Shown one piece after another: positions 30,885 to 43,415 of a DNA stretch of 64,000 nt. A program made the translations under genes and the position numbers. Origin of the DNA: the human T2T-CHM13v2.0 reference genome, Homo sapiens. Below the pieces are notes generated by a model, which saw only the letters and a program-made list of their open reading frames with translations, had not been told where the DNA came from and did no database searches. Location: the NCBI RefSeq assembly GCF_009914755.1, contig NC_060942.1, one strand, 5' to 3'. Each line of letters begins with the position of its first letter. The stretch's first letter is position 1.

Positions 30885-30920
30885 AGATATACATATATAT
30901 ATATACATATATATATATAT
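30841..30920. repeat. (TG)n/(TA)n microsatellite at an Alu tail
   Basis: Directly visible. Confidence 0.95.
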
Positions 30921-31220
<300 letters not shown>

Positions 31221-31636
31221 AGTTTTTTAAAACTTCCTAGTCTGACTCATCTTCTTGTTCTCTATTTTCTACTTCCAGAATTTGACTTATCAAAAAAAAG
31301 CTTAAGCAGTATTAACATACACTTTTCCTACCCCCATTCAAGAAACAAGAGTCCAGGAAAATAGTTCTAAAGATTCTTAAAACTCCTCATCCATTAACAG
31401 GTAAAGAACTTTTGTCTTTCAAACTCACCTGAGAAGATTAAACTGAGGAAATAGGAAACAAAATCCAAAATACAAGAGGATGATGCTAAGTTCTTGCTGT
31501 GCAAAGACGACACAGTAATATACTACAGGGGTGGAGACAGAAGAAACCAAATAAAATATTTTTACAAACTGCAGAAATCCCTGTCCTGTTTTCATGCATC
31601 ATCCTAGATGAGGGATGGCCAGAGGATTCCTCTAGT

Positions 31637-31810
31637 GCAGGGCTGCTCAGAATGTGGTCCACACACCAGCAGCAGCAACATTATCTGGACATCGGTAGGA
31701 ATTCTTGGGGCCTGCCACATCTTATTGAATTTGAATCTTTGATACTGGAGCCAAATCTCTGTATTCACAAGCCCTCAGGTGGTTAGTTTGAATGCTAACT
31801 TTGGAGAAGT
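31637..31810. mobile_element. MER5A/B-like hAT-Charlie MITE
   Basis: cagggctgctcagaatgtggtcc...ccagcagc...ctctgtattcacaagccctcaggtg. Confidence 0.65.
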
Positions 31811-34800
31811 AATAGTAGGGAATGTACATTACACACCATTGAATTAAGATTAGTGCATTCACAGAAAAGATGTATATGGAACTCCTGTGAAATAGTTGCA
31901 TTAAGTGGGAGGACCACCAGTAGGGTTGCTTAAGTCCCCAGGGCTCATCTTGTCTAGACATATACAGTACAGTTGTCAAACAGTAGTATGCTGAAGCTAA
32001 AGGAGTAACTATGACGATGACAATCACTGTAGACCAAGTATTAAATCCATGCAATGGTTTCCTGGCTTCATTTGAGAATTAGATTTTTGAATATGTCCAC
32101 ATTGAGGCTAGGTTGAACTGAACCTCAAGAAAAACTGACACTACATGTATTTCTATCTAGATATGCAACTGTAAATGATTGGAGGCCAAGAAAAAATTCT
32201 AATTTAAGAAAAAAAGTTCAAATGTATTATTTATTACAACCAAATGCTTTTATGTAAAACCATACACATTACATAAAAATCATTTTCATACGGCACATTT
32301 TCTGTTGAATGTGTTCCCCTTTGTTAAAGCAGTTTTATCCAGTCTTACTATAAACTGAAGATTATGTGGCTTATCTTTTGACGATTATATTTTTATAGCT
32401 GAACATTCGTTAGTGGTACTTTTCAGATTTGATCAGTGCACCATTTAGAATGGCCTGCCTGTGTGAAGTTGTGGTGGGAATGGGCAGGAGGAGAAAGGGT
32501 TGGTTTTAAACCAAGCTGTAAGTGTAGCCGGCTGCTCTCCAGGCCTCCTTAACTGCAGGCATGTTTCTTACAAATATCCTGGGAGCATTTCATTAGGCCT
32601 ACCTATATATCAATTCCTTTAGGCCTGCTGTCTAACAATAACCTAAACCAATATACTTTTATAACTTTAATATCTCTAGACAGTTCATTCACACATCACT
32701 CTTTGAAAAGAGTCTGTCCTATTCTAAGCAATAGCTGTCTAATCCAAATATGTAGTCTAGTGGTTTTCAAACCTTATTTCTTCTCTCTCCAGGGTTTGGT
32801 TAAAGTACCTCTGGGATGCTATTAGATAAAAGAAAGAAAACTAATGTTAGTCGTGGTCTCTTCCCTTAATTAAATTGGTATATTTCTGGTTCCATCTGTT
32901 ATTTAAAATTACATTTCTTCAAATATTCTGTTTATTAAATCGTCTGTGAATATTTAATAAGGTTCTGTTTATTAAACAATTGAAGTTTGAATAATCCTCA
33001 TGTAAGCCAGGGAAATATGTTAGCATGTGATATAATGTTCCTGGCAAACTTCAATAAAACACTTAACATTTGCTAGGGGTTCTCTGGAGGTAGCATATTA
33101 ACCAAACTTATTCCAGCAAAGGTTAATTTAAGTAACCTCAGTAGAGTTCTCTGGGACAGTTGGAGACCAGTGATGACTGTGTAATCACCCCCTTTAGGAA
33201 AAAGCTTAGACTTTCATCAGTAACATAAAAAATCGGTCATAAAAAGACTAGAAGCCTGGTAGGAATGAAGAATCATCCTTATTTTTAACATATCATTTCT
33301 TATTTTCTAAATTTTTCAAAGCATTTTCTCTAAGACATTAAAAAACATATACTAGTTTATTTTCTCTTTTTGCACAAATTTCACTGATAGATATATTTAC
33401 ATATATTTTATACAGTAACTTTTGGAAATATATATACTAGAGATAGTAATTGCAATTTTAAATTCAATTGACCAGCTTTTGAAATATACTTGTCTCAAAT
33501 TCTATTGCTGATTTAATTTCTTTTTTCAATGTAGAGTGTCTACATTTTTAATCTATAAAGTGATTAGAGCAGAACAATTCTTCTTCATTAAATGATAATA
33601 GTAAAATGCTGCTCTATAGGTAAAAACTAACAAAGAAAGTCACCTATTAAGTTGACAACCACATGCTGGTAGTCAGAAAGAAATACTAGTTTCAAGACTT
33701 CACAACAGTTTAAGATAAATATTTTGTTCTCATGTTTATGATTCTATTTATTGTCAAATGTGTGCTAATATCTAGGAATACTATGCTGTCACAGATTAAC
33801 GTTTAGTTATTTCACAGAAATCAAAGTCCATCTCCAAGAGTTTTAGATTGCCAAGGATTGTTCTGTGCCTGATTAGTATTTTAAAAGACACAGTCACATG
33901 TGATAGCATGTGGGTGTTCTCTTTCGTGTGGTACATATAGTCCTGATGAAAGTGCTATTAAAGATCACATCATATGGATTACTAAAAGCAATAATAGTGT
34001 GATGACTGCAGCAGTTGCTCAGACCTGGCAATATGAGTGGGAGAAAGCTCTTTCTCTAGGTAACTATTGCTCTCATTCAAACATAGCTGCAGGCTCTTAC
34101 ACTTTGAATCACCTCACAATAGATTTTAAACATAATGAGGAATAATAGAAAAGGGAGTTATTGAACTTACAATAATCAAGTCAGAAATGCCTCAAGTAGA
34201 CTCATTTTAAATTACTTTAAGGAATGTGAGACGACTATGAGCTTCCTTAACAATATAAAATTTCCTAATCAATGAGTCACTGCTTGAATACAGTAGCTAT
34301 GTTGCCACACAATGAGATAAAAATGCATATAAAAATGTTCAGGGTGTGTGATGTACTAGGCATGTTGCATATGTATGAAAAATGAGAAGTATAAAGTATA
34401 TAATATATATTTATATGGAAACAAATCCTCTGCCTTGGAGGTATTCTTAAATATCCATATCTTGTAGTTATAATGTTTCTCTTGAAAATCCAAAATTTTA
34501 TTTTCCTTCAAATTATCCAGACATTTAATCTTCTTTAAATATAAATGTAAGTTAATAAATTATTCTATAATGTGTAAGTGTGAACAACTACTGAGAAGTC
34601 AAACACAGTATTTTCATTGTGAACAGTTTCTCTAAATGGTCCCTACCTTCTTGCTCCGATTGAAACTCGAATCTCCCCTGAGGATGCTGATTCTCCAACA
34701 GGCTTCTCAGGGATGCCTGTGCTTTCCTCCCCCACACCTCATACACCTAGGCTTGAAAGTGACGGATGTGACTTCTTCGTTCTGCATTGCTTTTTCTAGA

Positions 34801-35539
34801 GCCTTCCCTCTCCGCCTTCAGCTTGGACTTTCATATCATGAGTCAATCTTTTCTTGTTGCCAGTAGCACTGACTGTGGTTTACTCCTCCTTATTCCTTGA
34901 AATCTTATGTCTGTGCTCACTCTATTTCTCTCCAACACAACTTTTAAATCCTTCATTATTTCACTGTACACCTGTGTGGCCTTTCCAAATCCTGGAATCT
35001 ATGTTATTTGGCACCTTCAAACTCACCTGAGAAGATTAAACTGAGGAAATAGGAAACAGTCCTCCTTAACTGTCACTTTGATGCCTGTATCTTATACCTC
35101 ATCACCATTAATGTCAAAACAACTACAGTCCCAGCCACCAAAATCTTTTCCAAATAGTCCTATCGCATAAAAATCGAAAAATTGAAGATCTCACAAGCTC
35201 TTACACTCAAATTGATACACTTATATTTGACATTTTTTCTATCACTTATGGAAATAGTACTAGGAAAAATGTATAAGTGTACCAAAATTACACTCAATAT
35301 TGATACACTTATATTTGACATTTTTCCTATTACTCTGAATAAATCGTGAGTAAATTTAGTGAAAATCGACCTCCCATTCATATATTCTGTTTCTGTCTCA
35401 CATAGTCCAGGATAATTCTTAGCAATTATCTTTTCTCTCTCCTTCATCTCTCCTTCATCTGTAATGTATCTTTCCCTTATGTCAACAAACAGCTTGTCAG
35501 GCCTCCCTAAATAATAATAAAAATAATAACCATAACCTC

Positions 35540-35955
35540 AATCTCCACTTCTTTTTCCAACAACCATCATATTGCTCTGTTTCCCTTTACAGAAAAATAT
35601 CTCAAAATTGTTTTTGTCCACTGTTTCCAAATTATCTCTTGTGTCTCCCCTAAGGTCACCAGTGTCTTCCATATGTTCAAAACCTGTAGTCAGCCCTCAA
35701 TTCTTATTTGCTTGACCTTTCAGCGGTGCTTGATGCCATTGATCATATTTTCATTTTTAATATTTTTAGTCTTGATATCCAACTGGCCATATATTCTGGG
35801 AACTCTGTTATTTTCTTCTTCTAGTTATTGTACACAAATGACCCCTAAATTGTTATTTTGGTCCTGCACTTCTCTGGATTCCCCAGACTATAATATCCAA
35901 TTCCTACTTTACATTTCAATTTGAAGGTCAAATAGACATCTCAATCCTAACCTGG
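35540..35955 (+). mobile_element. L2 fragment
   Basis: aaggtcaccagtg...tcaattcttatt..cttgacctttcagc...tatccaattcctactttacatttc...gacatctcaa. Confidence 0.65.
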
Positions 35956-37229
35956 GCCATCTCTTTGAGAACCTTCAATATTAGTGTGTTCTATGTGATG
36001 CCACTGGCATTCTGGAAGCAACATGAATAGAATGGTGAGTGAGCATCTCAGGGTTAAGGATTATGGTCCTTAATCTCATCATTTCAGCTGGGTACTCACG
36101 CCTCTAATGATGGCTAGAATCTCTCAGTTCAGAGATCCTTTCTACCCGTTCTCTCTCTAAACTTTAGAACAAGGGCAGAGGGCAATCCCTAGAAGTTGGT
36201 AAAAGGCTGGAGATGTGGAGCTCTAACTCTGCCAAATGATGTGCCCCTGTTCCTCCTTATTCAAGTCATGCCTCTTTACCTTCATTTTACAGAGGTGATA
36301 GTTGCCACCAGTTCCTGTGACTTTTGAGTTTTCTGCCATTTAAATACATTTGGTCCTAGTTTCCAAACTTTTTCACTATGTGAAAAAGTCATTAATGTCA
36401 AAACAACTACACAGTCAACTAAACTAAAAAGTCAACTAAAAAGTCATTTAGTATTAAGCCAAGTAAATGACCAGTTATTCATCTTCTACCCTATTTCCAG
36501 AACTCTGCTGCTGTTGATTTCTTTCTTTCATTCTTCCCTTAATAATATCTTTTCTTAATAATATCCTTTCTTAAAATAGAAACAATAAAAACAAAAATAA
36601 CTTTTACTAGGGTTCCTGGAAAGAAACAAAAACCAAATTGATTAATATGCATTCAGTCCATCTTAATCCAAAATTGAAATGATCAGTTTTACATTTAGAA
36701 AGCTACTAAAAATGACACAACCACTTTAAGACCAAAAAAAAAAAATACTTCCTACTACAATGTATTTGCTACAGTTCTCATGTTAATTATTTCTTAAAAC
36801 CATGTAATTAAACATTAATATATTGATTTAAGGGAGGCACACAGTAGCTTTGCATGGTAAAATGAGGTAACATAATTTTATAATGTCATTTAATGCTTCT
36901 TTAAAGACAAAATATTATTGCTAAAGCTAGAGTTGGAAGAAATCATCTCATGTCACACATAACTTTAAGTGAAGACAGATTGTATATCCTAAAAGTCAGA
37001 GGCAAATTGGAATTTACTGCAGAATTATTAGGCAAATTGGACACTTACTGCTTTTCATATAGAAAGAACTGGATAAATATCATCTTGCTAAATTAACTAA
37101 AGAATAAAGGAAAAACGTTATTTTGTTGACGACTTTTTATTATTCATGACTTGAATCGGTATGCATAAAAGCATATTAATTGTGTAAAACAAGATTTTCA
37201 TAAATTTTTTCTAATATTCACAATTTTGC

Positions 37230-37370
37230 AAAGTTGGTAACATTAATCACCTTTTACATATGAGAAAACTAAAGTTCCTAGAATTCAAATATCTTGCCTA
37301 ACTTAGTTAAATGGAAAAGTTGGAATTCAAAACCACACTTGTCTAATATCAGGACCTATTTATGCCACTG
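37230..37370 (-). mobile_element. MIR
   Basis: ttttacatatgagaaaactaaag...cttgccta...ggaattcaaaacc, the MIR core. Confidence 0.65.
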
Positions 37371-37807
37371 AGTTCAATTTTGGCTTGATAACATTACGAT
37401 GTAGAATATATTCTTAGTTAACTTAGGATATGGGTATCTATCAAATAAGCCATTCCATAGCACCATTATCAAACCTTTTCCAAATGAACTGATTGGCTGA
37501 TCTAATTTATTTTATGATGAAATGTTCCCCTTTGCACAATGCAGTTAAGATATTTACATCTAAAATACTTGCATACTTAGCAGCAAAATAAATTTCAACC
37601 TTTCAAGACATGTAATTAATACTTATGTATCCAGCACATACTAACCAACATCACATTTATTTTGTTAAATTCAAGGATATAGTACTGACCAAAGCAGTCT
37701 GCATTCATGACTTTGTAACCTAACTAGAAAGATGAGATGATAAACAAGTAGTTAAAAAGCATCAGAATGCAAGTGTTGTGAAGGAGATAATATGGTGTGC
37801 TACATAC

Positions 37808-37828
37808 AAACACACACACACACACACA
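37808..37828. repeat. (CA)n microsatellite
   Basis: Directly visible. Confidence 0.9.
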
Positions 37829-38777
37829 GAGTATGTATACATATTTGTGGAGCGTAAGCAGGAGAATTCGCTTTTACTAGATGTTAGATGCGTCCCTGAG
37901 AAAGTTAGCATAGGCTGAGTCCTGAAGAAAACAGTCCAATAGATAAGGAAATAGTAAAGTGTGAGGAAGAAGGAAGAGCGTATGTAGAGAGCATAATGAC
38001 GGAGAGAACACGAGGAAATGAACTGGGAACCAAGGAAGGAATTCAAAAAAAACTGTAAAAATCTCTCTATTCCTCTGTTATTCCTTTGTTCCCTGCACGG
38101 AGGAGTAGAGGGGGTGCAGTTTTTTCTTTTAGTTTAGTTTAGTTTTTTTTTTTTTTTTTTAAACTGACTACTGTGATTGGTTTCATCATGATAAGATTTT
38201 CATTGATTCCAGCCCTCTGTATGTGTAAGAAAATAGTCTGACTTCCCAAATCACTACCATAATTAACCATTCTGCTAAAATCTGCTACAACCTTTTTCCA
38301 CCCAGCGTTTTTTAACTAAGATGTTAAAATCAACGTATATACTCTCTATTTAAGTCATAAGAATGTCTCCCCTGGCTCTCTAAATACCAGCAGAGTATTT
38401 ATACTAAGAGTTAAAAGTCAAAATTATTTTGTAAGAAAGGACTTCCAATAACAGGTTACAACCCCTAAATCCAGAGAAAAACATTTAGCACCTTAGTAGC
38501 ACAAAGGTATATGAGTCCAACAATTTGGGAATGTTGGAGATTTGAGTTTTATTATGAAAACGTGGTATGGGTCAATTGAATCTTGAATACAATTCTTCAA
38601 TATGTTGAAACAAATTTTCACATAATAAATATAAAACATATAATTATATTCTGTCAGTGACATCTTAACAAACTAAAGATTAGTATGCTATTAAAGTATA
38701 TTTGGGTTTTCAAAATAAATGCAATTCACTTGACTTTTATGGTCCATATAGGGCTAGGAAGAATTCAAACACTACCC

Positions 38778-38915
38778 CCATGGTTCTCAAACTATGGTCC
38801 CATGATTATTAGCATCAGCCACATCTGGCAACTTGTTAGCAGTGCAAATCTCATATATCCTAAACTCTAGGGTCAGACACTCCATAATCTGTGTTCTAAC
38901 CATCCTTTTGGTGAC
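38778..38915. mobile_element. MER5A-like MITE
   Basis: catggttctcaaact...agcatcagc...cttgttag..gtgcaaatctc...aatctgtgttctaac. Confidence 0.6.
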
Positions 38916-40546
38916 TAAGAATACAAATATTTCTTGCATAAGCAAGTTTCTAAGTAGCAATTCTGAATCAGCAAATACATCTCAGTAGTAGTCATTTGCT
39001 AATGCTCTTATATTCCATCTATAACTCATCTGCCTAAACTGGGATTGTTTTCTTTTGAGAGAAGTAAAGAATGGTATGCTTTCCAAATTAGGTCAATGTA
39101 ATGTTTTCCATTGTTATTAAATTTAAAATAATATGCATTTAATGAAAAATAATGGAAACTATGTTACAATAAAATTTGGATAATTTAGTCATGTTAAGAA
39201 TCAAGTATATTTTAATATTACAGATTGTAGCTCAAAGAGGGTCAAAGTTATTTAGATTATAATGGGGCAAATAAAAATAGCCTAATTTTGAAAAACAGTT
39301 CTGTGATCCATCCAGGACTTTATCAGTTGATGGCAACGGGTCTTTATTAAATAGAACGTCTTTCCAAAATCTATATTTTAATTTGATCAATTCAGATAGA
39401 TCCTTGGCGTGTTTCATATACATAATCCTAACTTGGTCAACTTTGGCCCATATACGGAATGAAAAGAGATGGCCAAAAGGAAATATTTTTGTGAGGCAAG
39501 ATAAAGGATGGAGTGGAAACACAATGTTTTTTGTTTTTTGTTTTTAAGTGAAAAGCTGACAAAATTTATGATAAGATCAGGGGAAAAAAGAAAATGAAGG
39601 AATAATTGATCATCTGAAAATGAGGAAAAGCGGTGGTTAAATCATTGCTTCAGACAGTTGTCGGAGCTATCCCTTAGAAACTGTGGCTCTGGAAGAGCTC
39701 CTCTGATGATTAACTTGCAGAGCAGAAAATGAGGTGAGAGGGAATGTGAAGGAAATCACCAGTTTGGCTGGACTGAGGAAAAGCGAAGGCAGTTGAACGG
39801 ACCAATTTATATGTATGAGATCCTTTTAATCTGGGCTTTCTTAACTCTGATTGCACCTATATTTAGTAGACATGTCAGAGGATAAGCATCTTCTTATGCT
39901 AAGAAGTCATTTTTACTTCTTTAAGGTGATTATACTCCAGTTCAGCTATAGATAAATTGCATTACACTCAGTTGATGACCTGAAGAATTGGATGACGTCT
40001 AAAAGTGAAAAAACTTTACATAGTGTAAATTATAGGTAACTGGTCATCCTAAATTGCTTACTCTGCTTTTAGGGACAAAACCTGCTCTCTAGAGAGATAG
40101 CAGTCAATGGGTTTGTTGTGGTAGTTTCTATCATCATATACTGATGTTGCATATTGTTCCTTTATAATAATTTTTAAATTCCATATGCCATATAATTTTC
40201 AAATTATTAACCAAAAGTTGACTAAATTTAAAATAAATTATTGACATAACCTCACCCATATCTACCTATTTAGGGACACTCTGTATAATTACTGGGCAGC
40301 TTTCTCTGCCCACAGCCCGTGTTTACTATTGCCTCATCCAGGCTCCAAGACAGTGCTATCCTCTCCCCCACTACATGATAGTTCCAGAATACTTTATCCC
40401 TTGGGCAGCTTTTTTCTAATTAAAATTTACCTCTCATAAAATTAATTTTTCAGTTTGTAAAATATTAGTGAATGTGTATTTTCTAGTCTGGTAGCCAATG
40501 ATAAATTCAATAAAATTCTAAATTCTACCTTTTTGGATATAATATT

Positions 40547-40926
40547 TGATATCCTTTGGCTATGTTCCCACCCAAATCTCATTTTGAATTGTAGTTTCCA
40601 CAATCCCCACGTGTCGTGGAAGCGACCTGGTGGGAGGTAATTGAATCATGGTGGTGGTTACCTCCATGTTGTTCTTCTGATAGTGAGTGAGTTCTCACGA
40701 GATCTGATGGTTTTATAAGGGGCCTTACTCTCACTTCACTCTGTACTTCTTACTGCTGCCATGTGAGGAAGAATGTGTTTGCTTCCTCTTCCGCCATGGT
40801 TGTTTCCTGAGGCCACCCCAGCCACGTGGAACTGTGAGTCAATTAAATCTCTTTCTTTATAAATTATAAGTTTCTTTATAAATTTCAGATATGTCTTTAT
40901 TAGCGGTGTGAGAACAGACTAATACA
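40547..40926 (+). mobile_element. THE1-family MaLR solo LTR with perfect 5-bp TSD
   Basis: tgatatcctttggct...gaacagactaataca flanked by ATATT (40542-40546 and 40927-40931). Confidence 0.95.
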
Positions 40927-42123
40927 ATATTCTACATAATTTCCAAAATATGTCAAGATCTATGCAAAGGTAATAACAACCTTTTGAAAGAATTTCTAAT
41001 TGTAAAGTATGAAACAAGATCAACAAAATTATAATGAAACTAGAAAAAATATATATATTTTAATGTAGAGAAGCAAAAATAATAATTTTAAAGTATAAGA
41101 TGGAGGAGGAATGCAGTATCCTTTTTTCCTGAGGTTGAAGAGAAACATCATATTCTGTGAAAGACAGAGATAAATTAGCAAGAGAGAACCCTAAAGAAGC
41201 ACATTCATTTGACATCTTAAGCATTAAATGGAAGGCGGGACAGGTTAAATGGTTTTAAGAAATTCTTCTTAATGGAAGCTTATTTTCTAAAGACTTTATC
41301 TAAAGTGGAGTTAAGCAAATGATCAAGGAGTCTAGCTCTCTTTATCCATAGCAGCAAACAGCTCCTCCGTGCTTAGTAAGTGAGTATATGACAGCTACGA
41401 CAGGAGCTCATTATGGCTACTTGCTTCTAGAAACCTCAATTATTACTGTCACTGTACTTTGTATTCAAAAGGACATTTTGATTCATGTTGCTCTAAAAGG
41501 TTTTTTCCCCCACTATGGAAATGTGTTTAGTAGATAATTTTATTTTGTTTCCAGTGAAAGGTGTTAGCTTTTAAATGTACAGATAAATACTGCAAAATGC
41601 CAATATGATTAAATACATGGGAAACAAAATTGCTTTTCCAAAATAATTTTTTGCTAAGGTTATATATTTAATTCACTTCTCTCTCTCTAAAATAATGTCC
41701 TGAGTAGCTGCTATGTGGAAGACAAATTTATTATTTTTAGGTATTATAGAAGGATAAAAGAATAATATAATATTCCTGCCCTAAAAGTGTTTATACTCAT
41801 AAAAGAGAGATAAGTCTTGTACCCAAATATGTGTACTATGAGGTGAAATTAAATGTGTGTGGGATAGAATATATAAGGTTCCTGTGATCTCACAACACAA
41901 CCACTCCCTAAAGTAGCACCACAACATAAGGGTGTGGCAGAGTATATGTAAAAGAGAAAAAGCAAAAATATGAACTTTAATACTGTTGGCTAAGCTCCAA
42001 GAACAAATGTGTTTCTGGTCTCTTCCCCTGATGTATATAATTGGGCCAGGTGAGACACCAAGGATTTATCTTGCTCTTTTAACCAATGCCCAAGAGTAAA
42101 AGAAAAGCAAATCCCTTTTTGAG

Positions 42124-42270
42124 CGGTAGTTCTCAAACGTTAGTGTCCATCACAATCACCTGAAACATTTTTTTTAAAACAGATTGGTAGGCATGATAAC
42201 TTGCATTTCTAGAAAAGGTCGAAAAGGGATACTGATATTCCTGGTTCAGGGACCAGACTTAGAGAACCAT
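42124..42270. mobile_element. MER5A-like MITE
   Basis: TIR-like cggtagttctcaa...tagagaaccatt, internal aatcacctg and ttgcatttcta. Confidence 0.65.
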
Positions 42271-42322
42271 TCCTGTAAAGTGTCATTGTGGAATTACCCT
42301 CTGAATCATGTTGCATCCAATT

Positions 42323-42692
42323 CCATGGGATACTATGCAGCCATAAAAAATGATGAGTTCATGTCCTTTGTAGGGACATGGATGAAACTGGAAACCATCA
42401 TTCTCAGCAAACTATTGCAAGGACAAAAACCAAACACTGCATGTTCTCACTCGTAGGTGGGAATTGAACAATGAGAACATATGGACACAGGAAGGGGAAC
42501 ATCACACTCTGGGGACCGTTGTGGGGTGGGGGGAGCGGGGAGGGATAGCATTAGGAGATATACCTAATGCTAAATAATGAGTTAATGGGTGCAGCACACC
42601 AATATGGCACATGTATACATATGTAACAAACCTGCACATTGTGCACATGTACCCTAAAACTTAAAATATAATAATAATAAAATTAAAAAAAA
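42323..42692 (+). mobile_element. L1PA (L1PA3/4-like) 3' end, 5'-truncated
   Basis: ORF2 tail [28 protein letters not shown]-rich 3'UTR and A-tail. No TSD recognised. Confidence 0.93.
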
Positions 42693-43077
42693 GAGAAGAG
42701 AAAAGGAGAATACGCCCTTATAAACTTCGAGTCCAGATACAGTCTGCCAAAGTAGATACTCTATATTCTCTTCCTGTGCTTCACAAATGTCAAACATGCT
42801 ATTTTCATGCCTTCTACCCACATTACAAATTTGGCAGTAAAATTAAAGGTGGTTTATATGTATGTCTGGGTTGGGGTTTGGGTATTAGAAATAAAGAGCT
42901 CTAATAGTATTGAGGCTTCTATAAAGTTTAGAATATGTATACAACTATATACTATCATGGTGAAGCAGCCTGAAAACTATGTATAGAACCAAACAGATCT
43001 AAATTTAATTCTGATCTATTCCACTTAACTGGCTAGATCACCTAGGGCACATGAGATTCTTATATTTTTAAGTTTAT

Positions 43078-43415
43078 TATAGTCCAATGGATTAAATAGT
43101 ACCCTCTTGTGAATGGGACATTTGGAAATAGAGTCTTTGCAGACTTAACTACATTAAGATAAAATCATATGGATTAGGGTGCAACCTAAATCCAGTAAAA
43201 CTGGTGTCCTCATAAGAAGACAATATGAAGACACAGGGACACAGACACAGTGAAGACAGCTATGTGGCAATGGAGGCAGAGACTGGAGAGAGGCAGCTAC
43301 AAGTCAGACAGTGCCAAGGATCGCAGGCAACCACCGGAAGCTAGGAGGAAGTATGGAAATGATCCTCCCTCAGAGCCTCCAGAAGGAACAAACCCTGAAG
43401 GCACCTGAATTTCTG
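43078..43415 (+). mobile_element. MLT1B/C-like LTR fragment
   Basis: tttggaaatagagtctttgcaga...ggattagggtg...ggaggcagagactggag...ccaccggaagctagg...ccctcagagcctccagaagga. Confidence 0.8.

Noticed and set aside
39232-39830. Unique-looking segment with a 96-aa ORF as a possible exon
   Set aside because: No recognisable protein similarity or convincing splice-site pair; needs conservation or RNA data.
42323-42720. TSD or transduction for the short L1PA
   Set aside because: No flanking duplication or second poly(A) found by eye.
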